A stretch of 64,000 nucleotides of DNA, from positions 2,432,001 to 2,496,000 of the forward strand of contig OZ245002.1 in NCBI GenBank assembly GCA_965223415.1, given 5' to 3'. The notes beneath the pieces are model-generated. The model was not told the DNA's origin. It saw only the letters and a list, made by a program, of their open reading frames with translations, and made no database searches. Made by a program: the position numbers and the translations under genes. The stretch is from Myxococcota bacterium. Lineage in GTDB: Bacteria; Myxococcota_A; UBA9160; UBA6930. This document shows, in pieces, positions 44,214-53,707 of this stretch (the first letter of the stretch is position 1; every line of letters begins with the position of its first letter).

Positions 44214-44400
44214 GCCCCGAGCCATCGGCAGGACGCTCCCCGGGCCGTATCGGTCTGACACCCCACAGCGAATTCTGCACGATTGTGCTAAGGAATAAGC
44301 CTACGCGCCCCCATCCTGCAGCCCGAGGAGCGCAAGCCCCATGTCCTCCACCGCCCCTGCGATTCTGGACGGATTGGAAAAGCCTTTGAATTCCGGGGTT

Positions 44401-45120
44401 ATGAGCGATATCCACAGTGGTCGCCTGGAGGCCCTCGGCCCGCAGGAAATTCTTAGTTGGGCAATCAAGAATTTTCATCCTCGGCTTGCGCTCTCCTGCT
44501 CCTTCGGCAACCCGGAGGGCCTGGTGCTGCTCGACATGATGCACCGCCTCGAGCCCACCTCCCGGGTGTACGTGCTGGACACGGGGCGAATGCACCAGGC
44601 CACCTACGACCTGATCGACCGGGTGCGGGACCGCTACGACAAGGACGTCGAGGTCGTGTTCCCGGAGGCCGCCGCCGTCCAGGAGATGGTGCACGAGCAC
44701 GGCATGAACCTGTTCTACGAGTCCCTCGAGAAGCGTCAGCTCTGCTGCCGGCTGCGCAAGGTCGAGCCGAACCGGCACTTCCTCGCTGGCCTCGACGCCT
44801 ACGTCACCGGCCTCCGGCGCCAGCAGAACGTGACGCGTACGGACGTGCCCAAGCTCGAGCTCGACACGGATGGTCGGCTCGTGAAGATCAACCCGCTCGC
44901 GGACTGGTCCCACGACGACGTCTGGCGGTACGTGCGCACCCACTCGGTGCCGGTGAACCGGCTCCACGGGGAGGGCTTCCCCACCGTCGGCTGCGGTCCC
45001 TGCACCCGCGCCGTCCAGCCCGGCGACGATCCGCGAGCCGGCCGCTGGTGGTGGGAGAGCCCGGACACCAAGGAATGTGGCCTTCACGTCGACGAAGAGG
45101 CCGACGGGTCCGGCATCTGA
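44401..45120 (+). CDS. cysH: Adenylyl-sulfate (APS)/PAPS reductase, Fe-S type
   Basis: LDTG, CCRLRK, TGLRR, GCGPCT, RAGRW and ECGLH; alternative ATG at 44341. Confidence 0.92.
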   Translation: MSDIHSGRLEALGPQEILSWAIKNFHPRLALSCSFGNPEGLVLLDMMHRLEPTSRVYVLDTGRMHQATYDLIDRVRDRYDKDVEVVFPEAAAVQEMVHEHGMNLFYESLEKRQLCCRLRKVEPNRHFLAGLDAYVTGLRRQQNVTRTDVPKLELDTDGRLVKINPLADWSHDDVWRYVRTHSVPVNRLHGEGFPTVGCGPCTRAVQPGDDPRAGRWWWESPDTKECGLHVDEEADGSGI

Positions 45121-45211
45121 CCCTCTTCCCTGCGCAGCTCGTGCGCAGCTTCCGCCTCTTCTTCGCTCCACGGGTCAAGCCCGCGGCGGGGGCTGCCGAT
45201 ACGCAGCACTG

Positions 45212-45589
45212 ATGGCTCTCCTCCGTCCCGGACGAATCCCCTGGCAGAGCGGCGTCGGCGGCCTGTGCCTCGCCGCGATGCTCGTGCTCTGGTCTCCCGG
45301 CGTGCAGATCGCGCGCGCCGAAGGTGCGGCTCCGCCCCTCTTGCAGGGTGGTCTGCCCCTGGGCAGCGCCGGCGGCTCCTGTGAGGTCGGCGCCGAGAAG
45401 GGACCGGACGTGGCCGCGCAGATGGCGCAGGTCCTCGAAGCCCTGGAGGCCCAGGCGGCGGCGGACGGCGAGGACGTGACGGTCTTCAACGGCACCGGTT
45501 CCAACTACCGCCGCGACGACGACGCTCTGGCCGAGCTCCACCGGATTCGCGCCGAGGTGAAGCGCGAGCAGCAGGCGGCCAAGCCCTAG
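45212..45589 (+). CDS. Hypothetical exported protein
   Basis: Signal-peptide-like segment ending ARA; codon pattern fits the host. Confidence 0.55.
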   Translation: MALLRPGRIPWQSGVGGLCLAAMLVLWSPGVQIARAEGAAPPLLQGGLPLGSAGGSCEVGAEKGPDVAAQMAQVLEALEAQAAADGEDVTVFNGTGSNYRRDDDALAELHRIRAEVKREQQAAKP

Positions 45590-45700
45590 CTCCGCCGCGC
45601 GAGCAGCAGGCGGCCAAGCCCTAGCTCCGCCGCGCGAGCAGCAGGCGGCCAAGCCCTAGCTCCGCCGCGCGAGCAGCAGGCGGCCAAGCCCTAGCTCCGC
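45562..45700 (+). repeat. 35-bp tandem repeat, about 4 copies (VNTR)
   Basis: Unit GCGCGAGCAGCAGGCGGCCAAGCCCTAGCTCCGCC, identical copies, no spacers. Confidence 0.95.
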
Positions 45701-45769
45701 TCCTTCCGGCCCGACGCCTGGGAGGCGGCCCGTGAGCTAGGCTCCTCCCGGCGTGCCCGAGAAGGTGAT

Positions 45770-48340
45770 ATGAGCCCGGGCTCGACGGCTCGATTCCGTC
45801 GCATCACGGCTGCCCTCGCCCTTGGCTGGGCACTCCTGGCCCTGTTCGCGGGGGTGCGCGCCCAGCTCAGGCTGCAGGAGCTGCCCCAGACCCCCTTCTC
45901 CTCGTCGAGCACCGCGGGCGTGCACGTCATCCACGCGCTCTCGCCGGAGGCAGAGGCGGCCGGGCTCCGCACCCGTGACCGCTGGCTCGCCATCGACGGC
46001 CTGTCCGTCGACGAGTGGCTCTCGGGGGGTGGGCTCGAGCTGGTTCCCGATGTCCCCAACCGTTACGACGTGCGCCACCCGGACGGGACCCTGCACTCGG
46101 CGTATCTCGCGCCCCGGCCCGCCGGCGCCAAGCCCTTTCCGAGCCAACGACTGGTCGGTGTGGCGGTGCCGGCGGTGGGCCTCGTCTATCTGGCGATCGG
46201 GGCGGTCGTTTTCCAGCTGAAGAGCGCACGTCAGGAGGCGTGGGCGCTGCTCGTCTTCTGCAGCGCGACGGCATCCCTGCTCTTCCTGGCGAGCTCGATC
46301 GATCCCGCGAATTGGCCCCTGGTCGCGCTCACCGTTCCCCTGATGGGGGCGTCGTCCTTTCACCTCTTCACGATCTATCCGACCGAGCCACGCTGGATCG
46401 CGGCCCGCCCGGAGATCCGTCCCGCGCTCTACACGATCGGCCTGGTCCTGGGCGTGGCGGGCGTCGCCGCGCCTCACGTCTCCGGGCTGATGGCCCTCGC
46501 GAACCCCGCCCTCACCTTCTTCACGGTGGTCCTCGGTGTCGTGAGCCTGGGGGTCCTGGTGGCCGAGCGCGCCCGCCTGGGCCGCGGGGTGGTAGCCGAT
46601 CGCTCCACCGTGATGCTCGTGGGCGCCGTGATGAGCTTCGTTCCGGTGCTGACCGCCATCTTCCTCCACACCACCGTGGGAACGGCGCTGCCCTGGTCGA
46701 CTGCCCTGCTGGGCTTCTTCGTCTTCCCACTCGCCGTGGGCTACGGGATCCTGCGCGCCGAGCTCTTCGATATGCGCCTCGTGGCGCGGAGCTCCGCCGC
46801 CTACGGCGTGGCCACTCTCGGCATCACCGGCACGTTCGCCCTCTTCATCACGTTCGCAGACGCGCTGGTCGGCCGCTTCGACGTGGACGCGCGCTCGCCG
46901 CTGATCTCGGTGGTGTTCCTGTTCTTCGCGATCCTGGTCTTCAATCCGCTCCGCAATCGCCTGCAGAGCTGGGTCGACCGATTCTTCGACCGCGATCGCG
47001 TCGCCTATCGCGACGCGGTGCGAGAGATTTCGGAGGCGATGGTTTCCATGCTCTCGGTGCGAGAGATCGTCGAGCGCATCCTCATCGCCGTCACCGACAC
47101 GATGGGCGTCGAGCGCGCGCTGGTCCTCCTGACGGACGACGCCGGCCAGACCTTCCGGGCCGAGGCCGCACGCGGAGACTGGGACGAGGACGAGGGGCCC
47201 TTCGAGATCGGCGCAGAGCACCCCATCTGTCGAAATCTCTGGATGCGACGCACCGAGCTGGCCCGGGTCGATTTCGACGAGGAGCCCGACCCGGACGTGC
47301 GCGAGCAGTGCCGTGACGTCTTCGACAGCCTGGAAGTCGAGCTGCTGGTGCCGATCCTCTTCGGGGTCGACCTGCTCGGCGTGATCGGCGTCAGCCGGCA
47401 GCTCGCTGCCGAGCGCCTCGGCCCGGACGAGCGGCAGCTCCTGCGGACCCTGGCGAATCAGAGCGCCATCGCCATCGAGAACGCCCAGGCCTTCGACGAG
47501 ATCGCCAAGCTCAACGAGACGCTCGAGGCGCGGGTGGAGGAGCGCACCCGCGAGCTGCGCGAGACCCAGGCCCAGCTGGTCCAGAGCGAGAAGATGCGCA
47601 GCCTGGGTCAGCTCGTGGCCGGTGTGGCCCACGAGCTGAACAACCCCATCGGCTTCGTGCACGCGAACCTCCAGCTCCTCGACGGCTATGTGGAGCGGCT
47701 CGTATCCAGCAGCTCCACCGAGGAGCGGCGCGGCCGCTCCCGTGAGGCCATCGACAAGCTGCTCTCGCGCAGCCGCGAAGGGACGGAGCGGGTCAAGCAG
47801 ATCGTCCAGGATCTGCGCACCTTCTCGCGCACGGACCACGCCGACCTGCAGCAGGTCTCCCTCGGCGAGGAGATCGATCGCACGCTCACCCTGATGGAGC
47901 CGCGCCTGAAGGGCGGCGTGGAGGTGGTGCGCGACTACGGAGAGCTGCCCCCGGTGCGCTGCTTCGCGGGCCAGCTGAACCAGGTGTTCATGAACCTGCT
48001 GATGAACGCCTGCGACGCGATGGAAGGCCGCGGTCGTATCACGATTCGCACTCGGCCCGAGGGTGAGGACGGCGTGCGCCTCGAGTTCAGCGACGACGGC
48101 CCGGGCATGCCGGAAGACGTGCGGCGGCGCATCTTCGATCCGTTCTTCACGACCAAGCCGGTGGGCCAGGGCACGGGTCTCGGGCTCTCCCTCTCCCACG
48201 GCATCGTCGAGCGTCACGGTGGCTCGATGGAGGTGGATTCCCGGGTCGGCGTCGGCACGACCTTCACGCTCCACCTGCCGGTCGAGCCTCCGGCGGAGGC
48301 GCTCGAGGAGCCGGACGAAGCGATCGAGGGCGCCGCATGA
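45770..48340 (+). CDS. Sensor histidine kinase 1 (PDZ-like, multi-TM, GAF, HisKA, HATPase)
   Basis: AEAAGLRTRDRWLAIDG; GAF ending LANQSAIAIENA; HELNNP, NLLMNA, DDGPG, PFFTTK and GTGLGL. Confidence 0.92.
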   Translation: MSPGSTARFRRITAALALGWALLALFAGVRAQLRLQELPQTPFSSSSTAGVHVIHALSPEAEAAGLRTRDRWLAIDGLSVDEWLSGGGLELVPDVPNRYDVRHPDGTLHSAYLAPRPAGAKPFPSQRLVGVAVPAVGLVYLAIGAVVFQLKSARQEAWALLVFCSATASLLFLASSIDPANWPLVALTVPLMGASSFHLFTIYPTEPRWIAARPEIRPALYTIGLVLGVAGVAAPHVSGLMALANPALTFFTVVLGVVSLGVLVAERARLGRGVVADRSTVMLVGAVMSFVPVLTAIFLHTTVGTALPWSTALLGFFVFPLAVGYGILRAELFDMRLVARSSAAYGVATLGITGTFALFITFADALVGRFDVDARSPLISVVFLFFAILVFNPLRNRLQSWVDRFFDRDRVAYRDAVREISEAMVSMLSVREIVERILIAVTDTMGVERALVLLTDDAGQTFRAEAARGDWDEDEGPFEIGAEHPICRNLWMRRTELARVDFDEEPDPDVREQCRDVFDSLEVELLVPILFGVDLLGVIGVSRQLAAERLGPDERQLLRTLANQSAIAIENAQAFDEIAKLNETLEARVEERTRELRETQAQLVQSEKMRSLGQLVAGVAHELNNPIGFVHANLQLLDGYVERLVSSSSTEERRGRSREAIDKLLSRSREGTERVKQIVQDLRTFSRTDHADLQQVSLGEEIDRTLTLMEPRLKGGVEVVRDYGELPPVRCFAGQLNQVFMNLLMNACDAMEGRGRITIRTRPEGEDGVRLEFSDDGPGMPEDVRRRIFDPFFTTKPVGQGTGLGLSLSHGIVERHGGSMEVDSRVGVGTTFTLHLPVEPPAEALEEPDEAIEGAA

Positions 48341-50892
48341 GCCCCGACGCGACGCGGCGCTTCCGGCGCGGGACCTCCGCCCTCGCCGTGGTGTGGGCCG
48401 TAGCGGCCCTGGCGCTCGCGATCTGGGGCCAGCTCGCGTCGCCGCGCACGGTGGAGCTGCCCCTGCACACGAGCGGCCTGGCCGGGGTGGTCGTCGTGAA
48501 TGAGGCGTCCGAGGAGGCGCTTCGAGCCGGCGTGACCCCCGGCGACCGCGTCCTCGAGGTGGACGGCATTGCCGTGCAGCAGTGGTATCGGGAGCGCGGC
48601 TGGGACCAGGTCGTTTCCGGGCGCGCCGTCCGCTACCGCATCGAGACCGACGAGCAGGTGATCGACGTCGCCCTGCAGCCGCGCGAGCGCCGTTCCGCCT
48701 ACCAGTGGCTCACGATCCCGATCTTCGCGGCCCTGGCTGTGGCGGGCTCGGCCTACCTGCTGCTCGGGCTCTTCGTGTGGCGGGCGCGGCCCGACCACGC
48801 CGAGTCCTGGGCCTTCCTGCTCTTCTCCTGCGCCATGGCGACGGCGCTCTACACCGGCGTCAATACCTACGACGCGCCGTTCGGTTACCAGCGCATGGTG
48901 ATGAACCTGCCGCTGATCGGTGCCTCCATGTTCCATCTCTTCACGATCTTCCCGCTCGAGCCCCAGTGGGTCTCGCGCCGGCACCGCCTGCGGCTGGTGC
49001 CCTACCTGCTGGCCGCGGTCATCGCGCTGGCGGCGATCTTCGAGCGCAGTCTGGCGCTCCCGCCCGGCCTGCTCGCGACCGTCGGCTACGCCGTCGGCAC
49101 CCTCGGCTGCTTGCTGGCCTTCCTGATCCTGGTGCACGAGCGCATCAAGCTGCGCGGCTCCGACCGCACCGCCGCAGCGGATCTCGTCCTGACCGCGTCG
49201 ATCGTGAGCTTCGTTCCGGTGATGCTGGCGTTGATCGTCGCCACGGTGACCTCCCTCCCCTTCCCGATGTCCGCCGCGATGATCTGGTTCGCGGTGTTCC
49301 CCGGGGCGATCGCCTACGGCATCGTGCGCCGGCGTCTGTTCGACATGCGCGGGCTCGCCCGCTCTTCCGCGGCCTACGGCATGGCTACCCTCGCCATCAC
49401 CGGCGTGTTCGCCGGCCTCATCACATCCGCCGACGTCGCCTTCCGGGAGTTCAACGTCAACGCGGACTCCCCGCTGTTCTCGGTCACCTTCCTCTTCTTC
49501 GCGATCCTCGCCTTCAACCCCCTCCGCGATCGCCTCCAGGCGCTGGTCGACCGCGTCTTCGACCGCGATCGCGCGGCCTACCGGAGTGCGGTGCGGGAGA
49601 TCTCCGAGGCGATGGTCTCGATGCTCTCCCTCGAGGAGGTGAGCGATCGCCTGCTGCTGGCCGTGACCGACACGATGGGCGTCGAGCGGGCGATGGTGCT
49701 CCTGCTGGCGGACGACGAGCGGGCACTCGTTCCCTCGGCCTGGCGCGGCGATTTCGACGAGGAAGCCGCCGCCGTCCAGCTCGCCATCGACCACCCGGTC
49801 GGAAGGCACCTTTGGATGCGCCGCCAGGAGCTGGCACGCACGGATTTCGACGACATGGCCGATCCCGAGAGCCGGGAGGTGTGCTGGGACGTCTTCGACC
49901 TCCTCCACGTGAAGCTCCTCGTGCCGATCCTGTTCGGCGTGGACCTGCTCGGTGTGATCGCGGTAGGCGAGAAGCTCTCGGGCGAGCACCTGGGCCCGGA
50001 CGATCGGCAGCTCCTTCGCACGTTGGCGAACCAGAGCGCCATCGCCATCGAGAACGCCCAGGCCTTCGACGAGATCGCCAAGCTGAACGAGACCCTCGAG
50101 GCCCGCGTCGAGGAGCGGACCCATGAGCTCCAGGAGACCCAGGCCCAGCTCATGCAGAGCGAGAAGATGCGCAGCCTGGGACAGCTGGTCGCCGGCGTCG
50201 CCCACGAGCTGAACAACCCGATCGGCTTCGTGCACGCGAACTTGCAGCTCCTCGAGGACTTCATGGGCAAACTGGTCCGCGCCCAGAAGGCAGGAGCGGA
50301 CATCGACAAGCCCCGCGAGGCGATCCGAAAGCTGCTCTCGCGAAGCCGCGAGGGCACCGAGCGCGTGAAGAAGATCGTGCTCGACCTGCGCACCTTCTCG
50401 CGCATGGACCAGGCGGAGCTCGCCGACGCGGACCTCAACGAGGAGATCGACCGCACCCTGGGGCTGATGGAGCCGCGCTTCAAGGGCGGCATCACCCTCG
50501 AGCGGGAGTTCGGCGCCCTTCCCAAGGTCCGTTGCTATCCGGCGCAGCTCAACCAGGTGTTCATGAACCTGGTGATGAACGCCTGCGACGCGCTGGAGGG
50601 CGAGGGCACCGTGCGCATCACCACCCGCTCCTCGCCCGGCGGAGTGACCCTCGAGTTCGCCGACGACGGCCCGGGCATCCCGGCCGAGACCCAGGGACGC
50701 ATCTTCGAGCCCTTCTTCACGACCAAGCCCGTGGGGCAGGGGACGGGTCTGGGCCTGTCCATCTCCCACGGCATCGTCGAGCGGCACGGCGGGCACATGG
50801 AGCTCGAGAGCTCTCCCGCAGGAACCACCTTCCGCGTCGAGCTGCCACTGGTGGCGGAGCCGCCCGAGGACGTGGAGAGCGAGGAGGCTTGA
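48337..50892 (+). CDS. Sensor histidine kinase 2, paralog of kinase 1
   Basis: ATGA overlap; ALRAGVTPGDRVLEVDG PDZ signature; same GAF and H/N/G boxes. Confidence 0.92.
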   Translation: MSPDATRRFRRGTSALAVVWAVAALALAIWGQLASPRTVELPLHTSGLAGVVVVNEASEEALRAGVTPGDRVLEVDGIAVQQWYRERGWDQVVSGRAVRYRIETDEQVIDVALQPRERRSAYQWLTIPIFAALAVAGSAYLLLGLFVWRARPDHAESWAFLLFSCAMATALYTGVNTYDAPFGYQRMVMNLPLIGASMFHLFTIFPLEPQWVSRRHRLRLVPYLLAAVIALAAIFERSLALPPGLLATVGYAVGTLGCLLAFLILVHERIKLRGSDRTAAADLVLTASIVSFVPVMLALIVATVTSLPFPMSAAMIWFAVFPGAIAYGIVRRRLFDMRGLARSSAAYGMATLAITGVFAGLITSADVAFREFNVNADSPLFSVTFLFFAILAFNPLRDRLQALVDRVFDRDRAAYRSAVREISEAMVSMLSLEEVSDRLLLAVTDTMGVERAMVLLLADDERALVPSAWRGDFDEEAAAVQLAIDHPVGRHLWMRRQELARTDFDDMADPESREVCWDVFDLLHVKLLVPILFGVDLLGVIAVGEKLSGEHLGPDDRQLLRTLANQSAIAIENAQAFDEIAKLNETLEARVEERTHELQETQAQLMQSEKMRSLGQLVAGVAHELNNPIGFVHANLQLLEDFMGKLVRAQKAGADIDKPREAIRKLLSRSREGTERVKKIVLDLRTFSRMDQAELADADLNEEIDRTLGLMEPRFKGGITLEREFGALPKVRCYPAQLNQVFMNLVMNACDALEGEGTVRITTRSSPGGVTLEFADDGPGIPAETQGRIFEPFFTTKPVGQGTGLGLSISHGIVERHGGHMELESSPAGTTFRVELPLVAEPPEDVESEEA

Positions 50893-50896
50893 ACCG

Positions 50897-51292
50897 ATGA
50901 AGCAATGTGCACTCGCGATCCTGGGGGCGCTCTTCGTGAGCGGCTGCGGCGGGCCCTTCCTCGTGTTCCCCGGCGGCGCATTGCGCGGCGAAGTCGCGGG
51001 CGAGCCCGTGTCCGACTGGTCCTTCGCCGACGACGCCTTCATCGACCTGGAGACCCGCCCGGGAGATCCCTACTCGGTGGAGCTGAACTACGTCGTGAAG
51101 GACGGCCGGCTCTACATCGACCCGGCGGAAGGGCGGACGTGGCTCGAGCACATCCGCGCCGACCCGCGGGTGCGGGTGCGACTGGGCGACCGGGTGTACC
51201 CGGCCACCGCGGTGCTCGTGGGTCGGCCCGGCGAGCTCGAGGGCTTCGACCCGGAGCGCTTCATCTACCGGCTCGATTCCCGGAGCGACTAG
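50897..51292 (+). CDS. Lipoprotein, split-barrel/DUF2255-like
   Basis: VSGC lipobox; LETRP.DPYSV, W..HI.ADPRVRVR. Confidence 0.6.
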   Translation: MKQCALAILGALFVSGCGGPFLVFPGGALRGEVAGEPVSDWSFADDAFIDLETRPGDPYSVELNYVVKDGRLYIDPAEGRTWLEHIRADPRVRVRLGDRVYPATAVLVGRPGELEGFDPERFIYRLDSRSD

Positions 51293-52215
51293 CGAGCCGG
51301 TCGGCTCCGCGGCTTCTGCAGGCCGATGCGGGTGTAGAAGCGCTCGGGAATGTCGGCCGGGTCCTTGTACAGGTAGGTCTTGCAGGGCTCTTCGCCGAGC
51401 GCGTCCGACGGGTCGACGAGGAACAGGGGGACGCCGCCCTTCCGGGCCGACGCGCGCTCCATGACCGGCTCGTGGCAGCAGTAGACGGGCAGCGCGTCCC
51501 GCCCCCAGGTGAGCCAGCGGGGGCCGGCGACGCGGAGCAGGTCGTCGCCGCCTTCGCGCAGCAGCCGCCCGCCGCTCGGGCACACGGGGCAGAGGAAGGT
51601 CAGCTTCTCCGCGTCCTCCTCCAGGGCGAAGGGCTGCAGGTGGACGCGCGTGAAGTGCATCAGCGCGAGGGCGCGCTCCCGGAAGCTCGCGTCTCCCAGG
51701 AGGTCCGCGGCCAAGGCTTCCTCGTAGGCCTCCTCGAGCAGGTCCGTGTCGTAGCGCCGGCCGATCCAGGACAGCAGCGCGGCCACCCGCGCCATGCCGC
51801 GGTCGTGGTAGCGGAGCGCTTCGTCATGGAGGCCCTGGGCAGTGGCCAGCGTCTCCGCATCGCGGCCCTCCTCCAGGGCGGAGTCGATGCGGCGCCCGAG
51901 CTCCCGCCAGCGCTCCGCGAAGTCGATCGGGCCCTCCTCGTCCGGGACCTCGGGCAACGGCCCTCCGCGCTCCCGGATCGCCGCCAGGGCGTCCGCTTCG
52001 GCCGCCGCTCCGTCACGCCGTCGCACCCATGCGGCGAGCGTCGTCTCCCACGCATCGTAGTTCCCCTTCATGGAGAGGGCTTCGCGTACGAGCCGCCGGC
52101 CGAAGCCGCGGGCCGTCTCGGGATCACCCGCAGCGACGGCCTCGGCCAGGGCGTCCACGGAGCGCAGGGTCGCGATGCGGAGCTCCTCGTCGCTGAAGAT
52201 CCGGTCCTGGCTCAC
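51289..52215 (-). CDS. Hypothetical protein with a Cys-rich C-terminal domain
   Basis: 308-aa ORF with an internal helical repeat and CPVCPSGGR...YCCH...C. Confidence 0.7.
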   Translation of the reverse strand: MSQDRIFSDEELRIATLRSVDALAEAVAAGDPETARGFGRRLVREALSMKGNYDAWETTLAAWVRRRDGAAAEADALAAIRERGGPLPEVPDEEGPIDFAERWRELGRRIDSALEEGRDAETLATAQGLHDEALRYHDRGMARVAALLSWIGRRYDTDLLEEAYEEALAADLLGDASFRERALALMHFTRVHLQPFALEEDAEKLTFLCPVCPSGGRLLREGGDDLLRVAGPRWLTWGRDALPVYCCHEPVMERASARKGGVPLFLVDPSDALGEEPCKTYLYKDPADIPERFYTRIGLQKPRSRPAR

Positions 52216-52259
52216 GGGTCCACCTCAGCTGGAGACAGGGTGAGTGATAGCGTAGGGAG

Positions 52260-53003
52260 ATGTTCGATCTCACCGGAAGAGTGGCCCTGGTCACGGGCGC
52301 GGGCCGCGGTATCGGCCGGGGCATCGCCCGGGCGATCGCGGAGCAGGGGGGCTCCGTGGCCGTGAACGACCTCCTGGAGGACACGGCGGAGGAGACCGCC
52401 GGCGCCATCCGGGCCCAGGGGGGCGCGGCTTCCGCCGTGCCCTTCGACGTGACCGACTACGACGCCTGCGTCGCTGGGGTTCGCTCGGCCGAGGAGGCCC
52501 TGGGTCCGGTCGACATCCTCGTGAACAACGCCGGCGGATCGCCGGGCAACCGCTGGCCGACGGCCTTCCTCGAGACGCCACGCGAGGTGTGGCCCGCCTT
52601 CATCGACATGAACCTCTACGGCACCCTGAACTGCACGCGCGCCGTCGCCCCCGGGATGGTCGAGCGCCGCCATGGCCGCGTGGTCTCGATCTCCTCGGAC
52701 GCGGCCCGAGCGGGAAGCTGGGGTTCGTCGGTGTACGGAGCCGCCAAGGCCGGCGTCGAGGGGCTGATGCGCACGCTCGCGAAGGAGCTGGGCCCGAAGG
52801 GCGTCACCGCGAACTCGATCGTGTTGGGCTTGATCGACACGGTGCCCGAGGAGTTCCTGGAGCAGGCGAACGCGGCGTCGATGTATCCCATGCGCCGGGT
52901 GGGTACCGCGGGGGACGTGGCCGCCGGGGTGGTCTACCTGGTGTCCGACGAAGCGGGCTGGGTCACCGGCCACTCCCTCGTGATCAACGGCGGCGGCACG
53001 TAG
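52260..53003 (+). CDS. SDR family oxidoreductase
   Basis: TGAGRGIG, NNAG and YGAAK. Confidence 0.93.
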   Translation: MFDLTGRVALVTGAGRGIGRGIARAIAEQGGSVAVNDLLEDTAEETAGAIRAQGGAASAVPFDVTDYDACVAGVRSAEEALGPVDILVNNAGGSPGNRWPTAFLETPREVWPAFIDMNLYGTLNCTRAVAPGMVERRHGRVVSISSDAARAGSWGSSVYGAAKAGVEGLMRTLAKELGPKGVTANSIVLGLIDTVPEEFLEQANAASMYPMRRVGTAGDVAAGVVYLVSDEAGWVTGHSLVINGGGT

Positions 53004-53075
53004 GCCCCGGGTCCAGCTGACACCCGTCGACAGTGGCGTCCGAGCGACGCGCGGGCTCGCGCTACCCTCTCGCCG

Positions 53076-53699
53076 ATGTCCATGGAGACCTGGCTCGCCT
53101 TCTGCGTCACCGAGGCGGTGCTCTGCTTCACGCCAGGGCCCGCGGTGTTGCTCGTGGCCTCGGTGGCGCTCGCCCGGGGGGCGGGCAGTGGAATCGGTGC
53201 AGGGCTCGGGGTGCTCGCCGCGAACACTCTCTACTTCGTCCTCTCCGCCCTTGGCATCGGGGCGGCCATCGTCGCCTCCCACGCGCTCTTCACCGCGATC
53301 CAGTGGGCCGGTGCCGCCTACCTGGTCTGTCTCGGTCTGCGCATGATCTGGGCCGGGGCGAAGGGCGGAGACGGACCGGTGTCGCCCCGCTCGCTGGCCC
53401 ACGGCTTCCGGCGCGGCTTCGTCGTGCAGAGCGCGAACCCGAAGACGCTGATCTTCTTCACCGCGCTCCTCCCCCAGTTCCTGGATCCGGCGGGCGGCAT
53501 CGGGCTTCAGGTGGCAGTGCTCGGCGTGAGCTCGGTGGCGATCGAGCTCTTCGCACTGGCCGTCTATGCCCTCGCCGCGTCTCGCGCCCGCGTGCTCGCC
53601 GCGGGCAGCTGGGCGGGAACCCTCGAGCGCCTCGGGGGCGGCTTCCTGGTGGCGGCAGGGCTGCGGCTCGCGTCGGTCGCCCCATCTCCTTCCGACTGA
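53076..53699 (+). CDS. LysE/RhtB family translocator
   Basis: TPGPAV, GAAYL and NPK. Confidence 0.9.
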   Translation: MSMETWLAFCVTEAVLCFTPGPAVLLVASVALARGAGSGIGAGLGVLAANTLYFVLSALGIGAAIVASHALFTAIQWAGAAYLVCLGLRMIWAGAKGGDGPVSPRSLAHGFRRGFVVQSANPKTLIFFTALLPQFLDPAGGIGLQVAVLGVSSVAIELFALAVYALAASRARVLAAGSWAGTLERLGGGFLVAAGLRLASVAPSPSD

Positions 53700-53707
53700 G
53701 GAGCGTT

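Noticed and set aside
45562..45700. CRISPR array
   Set aside because: The 35-bp units are contiguous with no spacers, and no cas genes are present.
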